Assembly (NCBI GenBank): GCA_041947025.1 | Contig: JBHGBJ010000004.1 | Span: forward strand, 85,580-149,579 | Origin: Thermodesulfobacteriota bacterium | Lineage (GTDB): Bacteria; Desulfobacterota; BSN033; UBA1163 | Reading direction: 5' to 3' | Length of the DNA stretch: 64,000 nt | In this document: positions 59,221 to 64,000 of the stretch, piece by piece | Numbering within the stretch: the first letter of the stretch is position 1 | How the letters are laid out: every line of letters begins with the position of its first letter | The notes under the pieces: model-generated | Seen by the model: the letters and a program-made list of their open reading frames with translations, nothing else | The model's database searches: none | Told to the model about the DNA's origin: nothing | Program-made: the position numbers and the translations under genes

Positions 59221-60639
59221 ATGATCTTTTATGAAACAAGTTTCGGAATCGATTTTATGCAGGACCACCTTGCCCTGGCCGTCTTGAGAAGATCGTTCGG
59301 CAAGATCAGTCTGGCGGGTTATGAAATTCATCCCATGCCTCCCCCGATGCCGGTCGAGGACCGGGAGGCCCATCTGATCGGCTTGATCAATGCATTTGTA
59401 TTGAAATATCAGGTCGATAAAGACCGGGTCTCCATCTCCATCCCGAGAAGAAAGACCGTTGCCCGGTTCATCACGCTTCCGGTGGCTACGAAAGAAAACT
59501 TGAGAAAGGTGCTCGAGTACGAGACTTCCAAATATACTCCCTTTGAAAAGGGAGAGGTTTACTTCGACTATCTCATTCTCAAAGAGGAGAAAGAGTTGAT
59601 CCATCTTTTCTCGGTCTTTGTGAAGAAGGAGGAAGTCGATCCTTACTTATCCTTGTTGAAGAAGATCGGAATCGAGCCGATTTCAATCCAGATTTCCTCC
59701 ATGGGAGCCCTCAATCTCTTCTTTCATAACGACGGGGCAAAGAAAGAAGGGGCTTCGGTTTTGCTCGATATGTCAGAACCTTTTTCCGAGATGAACATCC
59801 TCCAGGGAAAGGACTGGAAGGAGAGTTTTCATCTCCCCTTACCTTCTGAGAAGAAGGAACTGACTGTCCTGAGCACCGTTAAGCGGCTGGGACTGGAAAC
59901 CCAACTCTCCTCCAAAGGAAACCTCTTCGTTTATGGACTGGACGCCGACGAGAAGGTCCTGGAAGTCCTCAAAGAGACTTTTCCTGCCCTGGTGGTCTCT
60001 CCGCCTCCGTGCCATCGCATCCCTTTAGAACAGGGCGGGCCTTTTCCTTACAGGATTTACTCCTCGATTGGCCTTCCGCTTAAGGGCTTGGTTAAGACCC
60101 GGCTGGAACTCAATCTCCTGCCCTTGGAAATGCAAAAAAAGGTCAGACAGATAGGAAAACCGGTTTCCATCTTCCTGGCCTCATTGGCCTTACTTCTGGG
60201 TCTGACATGGGGCGCAGGAATCTTCTTTCGGTACCGGAATGAATTGGAGACCGTGAACGCGGAGATCAAGAAGAGAAAACCGGAAGTGGAGGCTGTTGAA
60301 AACTTACAGAAGCAGAAGGAGACCATGGCCAAAGAGATTTTTGACTTTGAGAAGATCCGTTCCGGGGAAACAAGCAAGATCGACATCCTGAAGGAGTTAA
60401 CCCAGCTCTTGCCCGGCACGGTCTGGATCTGGAATTTCAAGTATAACGGAAAGGAGATCGAGATCAGCGGATATGCGGATTCTGCCCCCGAATTGATCTC
60501 TCTTCTCGACAAGTCCCCTCTCTTTGAGAGGGTCGAATTCTTATCCCCCGTGACGAAGGACAGACAGTTTAAACCGGAAGGGGATAAGGAGAAGGAAAGA
60601 TTCAGGATTAAGGTAAGGATCGAAGGGAGGAAGTCGTGA
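59221..60639 (+). CDS. GspL-like / PilM-PilN-like assembly protein (cytoplasmic actin-like domain, TM, periplasmic domain)
   Basis: 472 aa, single internal TM (about residue 315); position in the operon. Confidence 0.5.
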   Translation: MIFYETSFGIDFMQDHLALAVLRRSFGKISLAGYEIHPMPPPMPVEDREAHLIGLINAFVLKYQVDKDRVSISIPRRKTVARFITLPVATKENLRKVLEYETSKYTPFEKGEVYFDYLILKEEKELIHLFSVFVKKEEVDPYLSLLKKIGIEPISIQISSMGALNLFFHNDGAKKEGASVLLDMSEPFSEMNILQGKDWKESFHLPLPSEKKELTVLSTVKRLGLETQLSSKGNLFVYGLDADEKVLEVLKETFPALVVSPPPCHRIPLEQGGPFPYRIYSSIGLPLKGLVKTRLELNLLPLEMQKKVRQIGKPVSIFLASLALLLGLTWGAGIFFRYRNELETVNAEIKKRKPEVEAVENLQKQKETMAKEIFDFEKIRSGETSKIDILKELTQLLPGTVWIWNFKYNGKEIEISGYADSAPELISLLDKSPLFERVEFLSPVTKDRQFKPEGDKEKERFRIKVRIEGRKS

Positions 60640-61253
60640 CCTGGAAGGAATGGTCCTTTATCAATCTTAAGACGTCAACATATTCCCAGAAAAAGGTATT
60701 GTGGGTCGGAGGGGCCGCCGCACTCTCTCTCCTCATCTATTTTCTCGGGGTCCTTCCTCTTTCTGACGCTGCCAGGAGAGCCCAGGAGGAGATCGTCCTG
60801 AAGAAGAATATCTTGCTGAGGTATAAGGAATATCTTCAGAATCGGAAGAAGATCGAAGAGGAGCTCGATCAGGCCCAGAAACGATACGCAGGTCTTCAAC
60901 AAAGGCTTCTCTCCGGGGAGACACCCCAATTAGGAGCAGCCCAGCTTCAGGAGATCGTGAGGAGGCTTTCGGAGAAGAACGGGATTGCCATCAGAAGCTT
61001 TAGAATATTGGAGCCAAAGGAGACTTATGGCTTTACGAGGATTTCTCTTCACATTGAATTCAATCCGGTCAACAACATGCTCAGCCTCGGCCAATTCATT
61101 CACGATATCGAGCAACAGGAAAAGGAGCTGATGATTTCTGAAGCGGACCTTCTTGTCCCCAATCCGAGGATGCCCAACAGCGTTCAAGGAAGTCTCGTCA
61201 TCTCCGGATTGATGAAAACGAGCCCCGTGAAGGAGAAGGGGAAGGAGGGATGA
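60636..61253 (+). CDS. GspM-like / PilO-like bitopic protein
   Basis: 205 aa, N-terminal TM then coiled-coil and periplasmic domain; position. Confidence 0.45.
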   Translation: MTWKEWSFINLKTSTYSQKKVLWVGGAAALSLLIYFLGVLPLSDAARRAQEEIVLKKNILLRYKEYLQNRKKIEEELDQAQKRYAGLQQRLLSGETPQLGAAQLQEIVRRLSEKNGIAIRSFRILEPKETYGFTRISLHIEFNPVNNMLSLGQFIHDIEQQEKELMISEADLLVPNPRMPNSVQGSLVISGLMKTSPVKEKGKEG

Positions 61254-62062
61254 TGTCACTCAAGTATCTGGTCTTCACCGTTATGCTTACTTTGATCGTT
61301 ATCCTCCTGGGAGTGGAAAATTACGCCACCTGGACTCAGCCTCTTGAAATCTCACCCGGAAGAAGAATGGAAAAGAAGACGGAGACAAGACCCGAGACGA
61401 TACCGGTCATTGCGGATGCAAGAGCTTCTTCTATCGCCTCCTATGTCTCTATCGCCGAAAAGAATATCTTTAATCCAGAAAGGAAGGAATTCCCGCTGCC
61501 AATGGCTGCGACCCAGAAGCCTCCTGCCCGGCCCCAGGTGATTCTATACGGAGTGACCATCCTTGCGGACCGTCAATATGCCTCCGTCGCCACCCCTGGC
61601 CGACCTCTCAAGAAAGGCGAGAGGGAGACGATCACACTAAAACCAGGGGAGAAGATTGGAGAATATAAGCTGACAGAAATATTGCCCGATCGAATTAGAC
61701 TGGAGGCTTCCGGGGATAGTTTTGAAGTCCTTCTCTACGATCCCGCAACGCCGAAAAGAAGAAGCGATACGAAGACCGCGACGAAGAAGCCTCCTGGCAT
61801 CCCAACCCCCGGCCCCGGGCCCATGCTTCCCTCTGCCGAAGCGCCGAAACCTGTTCCTCTCCCGGTTCCATCGCCGGTGCCAGCCGAAAGACCGAGGGTT
61901 CCGTCTCAAGAAACAGTGTCCCCACCCCCTTCACCCCCTCCTGTGACTCAAACTCCTGCGCCAACCTTTCCCCAGACCACTCCTCCTCCGGTCTATCCCG
62001 GAAGGACGAGAAGGGTGCCCTACCCGCCCCCAAGAACTCCATTACAGCAAGGAGGATCATAA
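61250..62062 (+). CDS. Bitopic proline-rich protein (GspC/GspN-like or PilP-like candidate)
   Basis: N-terminal TM then P/T-rich C-terminus; position between the gspM-like gene and the secretin. Confidence 0.35.
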   Translation: MMSLKYLVFTVMLTLIVILLGVENYATWTQPLEISPGRRMEKKTETRPETIPVIADARASSIASYVSIAEKNIFNPERKEFPLPMAATQKPPARPQVILYGVTILADRQYASVATPGRPLKKGERETITLKPGEKIGEYKLTEILPDRIRLEASGDSFEVLLYDPATPKRRSDTKTATKKPPGIPTPGPGPMLPSAEAPKPVPLPVPSPVPAERPRVPSQETVSPPPSPPPVTQTPAPTFPQTTPPPVYPGRTRRVPYPPPRTPLQQGGS

Positions 62063-62065
62063 GAG

Positions 62066-64000
62066 ATGAGAATGGCAAATGTTTGGTCTAAGATTCTTAT
62101 CTTGCTCTTCGTGATTGAGGCAGTCGCCCTTTTTGGGACCACTCAATCTTTAAAGGGACAGCCGACAGAAGGAATTCCGACTTCCCCTCCGGTGGGCCCT
62201 TCCACACCTTTAACTCCGACCCCTCCTCAATTCCCTGGTCCGATTCCAAAAGAATCGTCTCCCGCTCTGCCACCCATGGGGCCTGTTCCATCCCAAACGC
62301 CCCCTCAACTTCCCGGCCCGATTCCAAAAGAATCCTCTCCCGCTCAGCCGCCTATGGGGCCTGTCCCGTCCAAAACGCCTCCCCAGCCTCCCGTTCCAAG
62401 TCCTCAGGAACCTCTTGCCCCTCAGCCACCCATCCCCCCTGCTCCGTCCCAAATGCCAGGACAGCCTCCGACTGTCCCCTCCCCACCGAAAAAAGGCCCG
62501 GATACCCGGACAACGTCGGGGATTGTTTTTAATTTTGACAACGCCGATCTCTACGAGGTGATCCGTGTCATGGCAGAGGTATTGAAGATCAATTACATCA
62601 TCGACCCAGCGGTCAAAGGGATCGTCAATATTCACACCTCAGGCCAGATCTCGGCCGAGGATACCCTCGCGATCTTCCAATCCATCCTGAAGTTAAATGG
62701 AGCAACTGCCGTTAAGAAAGACAATCTTTATGAAATCGTTCCCTTCGGCGACGCGAAGAAGCTCTACACATCTCCGTCAACCATCGAGGAGAGCAAAAAG
62801 ATTGTTCCCGATGGAAGATATATGATCGAGATCGTCCCCTTAAAATATATCCCGGTCACAGAGGCTTCAAAGATCATCAAACCCTTTCTATCCGACGGAG
62901 CCGATATTGTGGAGCATCCGGCTCATAATATTCTGATCATGGGTGACGTTGCGCAAAATATCAAGAAGATCCTCGACATTCTCGCACTCTTTGATATTGA
63001 CATCTTCACCGACTTGAGAGTCAGGATCTACCCTGTCTTGAATGCGGATGTGACGGAGATCTCCAAGGAAATGGAGCGGATCTTTTCCTCCTTTGAGATC
63101 TCGACGAAGTCGGGCAGGGGCGTGGGCATCACCTTTACACCGGTTGCCCGAATTAACTCGCTCCTGGTCGTCAGCTCCATCCCGAATATTTTCGGAAAAG
63201 TGGAGGGCTGGCTTAAAGAACTCGACAAGACCCCCCTGGAGACAAAATTCGGTGTCTTCGTCTACTATTGCCAGAACGCCAAAGCCAAGGATCTGGTCGA
63301 TGTTTTAAAGGGCGTATTCATTGGGGCCAAAGAAAAGAAAGAAGAATTTAAGGCCAAAGTGACCGAGCCGACTCCCAGAGGAATCAGACAGCCCCCTGCC
63401 GCGACTCCTCCTGCTTCAACGCCTCCGACCCAGGAAGAATCCGCAACTGTGCCAGAAGGAGAAATCAACATCGTCGCGGATGAGGCAAACAATGCCGTGG
63501 TCATCCGGGCTTATGCCAGAGACTACAGGAGCATCCTGGAAACCGTCAAGAGGCTGGATATCTACCCGAGGCAGGTCCTGATCGAGGTGCTGCTTGCCGA
63601 CGTCACCTTGAATGACGACACCCAGTTCGGCATTGAGTGGTCGAGATTTCTGACAAGCAAGTCCCCCAATGCCCAGAGCATCGTGATGCAGGCACAACCG
63701 CCTACCGACCCTTTGACCTCATCGCTTTCCGGGACGGTCACCGGCGGGTTTCGATACGCGATTGTGGACGTAGGGCAAAGGATTTCTGCTGCGATCCGAT
63801 TGGCCGCGTCGGAAGGTCGCGTGAATGTGAGAATTTCACCGACCATCCTCGCCTCCAACAATAAGGAGTCGAAGATTCAAATCGGATCTTCACAACCCAT
63901 CCCTACCGGCGTGTTCACTTCGACCACCGTGTCCGCTGCCGCTTCGGGTGTCGTTGAAACTTCGGTGGAATATAAAGATATCGGCACGATCCTCACCGTG
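62066..64000 (+). CDS. gspD: Secretin (GspD family), 3' end off-window, with a proline-rich N-terminal extension containing a 78-bp tandem duplication
   Basis: RBS AAGGAGGA; signal peptide; N0/N1-like domains (VFNFDNADLYEVIRVMAEVLKINYIIDP); start of the secretin domain (GIEWS...). Absent from the ORF table because no stop occurs before the window end. Confidence 0.85.
   Translation, partial: MRMANVWSKILILLFVIEAVALFGTTQSLKGQPTEGIPTSPPVGPSTPLTPTPPQFPGPIPKESSPALPPMGPVPSQTPPQLPGPIPKESSPAQPPMGPVPSKTPPQPPVPSPQEPLAPQPPIPPAPSQMPGQPPTVPSPPKKGPDTRTTSGIVFNFDNADLYEVIRVMAEVLKINYIIDPAVKGIVNIHTSGQISAEDTLAIFQSILKLNGATAVKKDNLYEIVPFGDAKKLYTSPSTIEESKKIVPDGRYMIEIVPLKYIPVTEASKIIKPFLSDGADIVEHPAHNILIMGDVAQNIKKILDILALFDIDIFTDLRVRIYPVLNADVTEISKEMERIFSSFEISTKSGRGVGITFTPVARINSLLVVSSIPNIFGKVEGWLKELDKTPLETKFGVFVYYCQNAKAKDLVDVLKGVFIGAKEKKEEFKAKVTEPTPRGIRQPPAATPPASTPPTQEESATVPEGEINIVADEANNAVVIRAYARDYRSILETVKRLDIYPRQVLIEVLLADVTLNDDTQFGIEWSRFLTSKSPNAQSIVMQAQPPTDPLTSSLSGTVTGGFRYAIVDVGQRISAAIRLAASEGRVNVRISPTILASNNKESKIQIGSSQPIPTGVFTSTTVSAAASGVVETSVEYKDIGTILTV
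62233..62388 (+). repeat. Two tandem 78-bp coding repeats, each encoding a 26-aa unit ([F/L]PGPIPKESSPA[L/Q]PPMGPVPS[Q/K]TPPQ)
   Basis: CGATTCCAAAAGAATC recurs at 62241 and 62319. Confidence 0.6.

Overview
This is a 64 kb bacterial chromosomal window of about 55 percent GC, densely coding. I cannot assign taxonomy from sequence alone; a Nitrospirae-like or deltaproteobacterium-like genome is a guess. I did not detect any rRNA, tRNA or CRISPR array.

Gene content, in order:
1. A 5'-truncated giant glutamate-synthase-like fusion protein.
2. carA and carB, with a putative attenuator upstream.
3. A mazEF toxin-antitoxin pair next to an IS91 remnant and an IS200/RAYT-like HuH transposase flanked by its own inverted repeats.
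4. panE, an EamA transporter, a MATE transporter, a PAC2-like protein and a Crp/Fnr regulator.
5. A housekeeping run: ftsH, folP, glmM, pdxJ, acpS, nnr, a bifunctional-nuclease-domain protein, tsaE, lysC, cimA/leuA-family and comEA.
6. A universal stress protein, a PRC-barrel protein, and a second RAYT flanked by REP elements.
7. A signalling/redox island: CheB-like methylesterase, CheR-PAS, a multi-PAS/GAF histidine kinase, two paralogous LuxR-type response regulators, a single receiver, a Tat-targeted Fe/Mn-SOD-like protein, a bacterioferritin and a zinc-ribbon protein.
8. A minus-strand copper/thiol island: Cys-rich MerR, two NosL-like proteins, a Met-rich periplasmic protein, a multicopper oxidase, TlpA, an FtsX/ABC exporter and a Cys-motif polytopic membrane protein.
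9. An SLT lytic transglycosylase and an IS1595-family transposase.
10. A complete T2SS-like operon, gspE F G H I J K L M, a proline-rich protein, and secretin gspD running off the 3' edge.

The window also carries several families of short interspersed palindromic repeats:
- a 22-bp REP (GGGACACATACCATTTT core) in six copies forming three inverted pairs;
- a GCCTGCCTG...GGCAGGGG palindrome family;
- heptamer-based inverted repeats;
- GAGTTCGGAGT gene-end palindromes.

The most interesting items are:
- the REP/RAYT system, including a REP pair bracketing a nosL-merR segment;
- the unusual copper island;
- the permuted, fused glutamate synthase;
- a frameshifted four-helix-bundle gene bracketed by heptamer inverted repeats.
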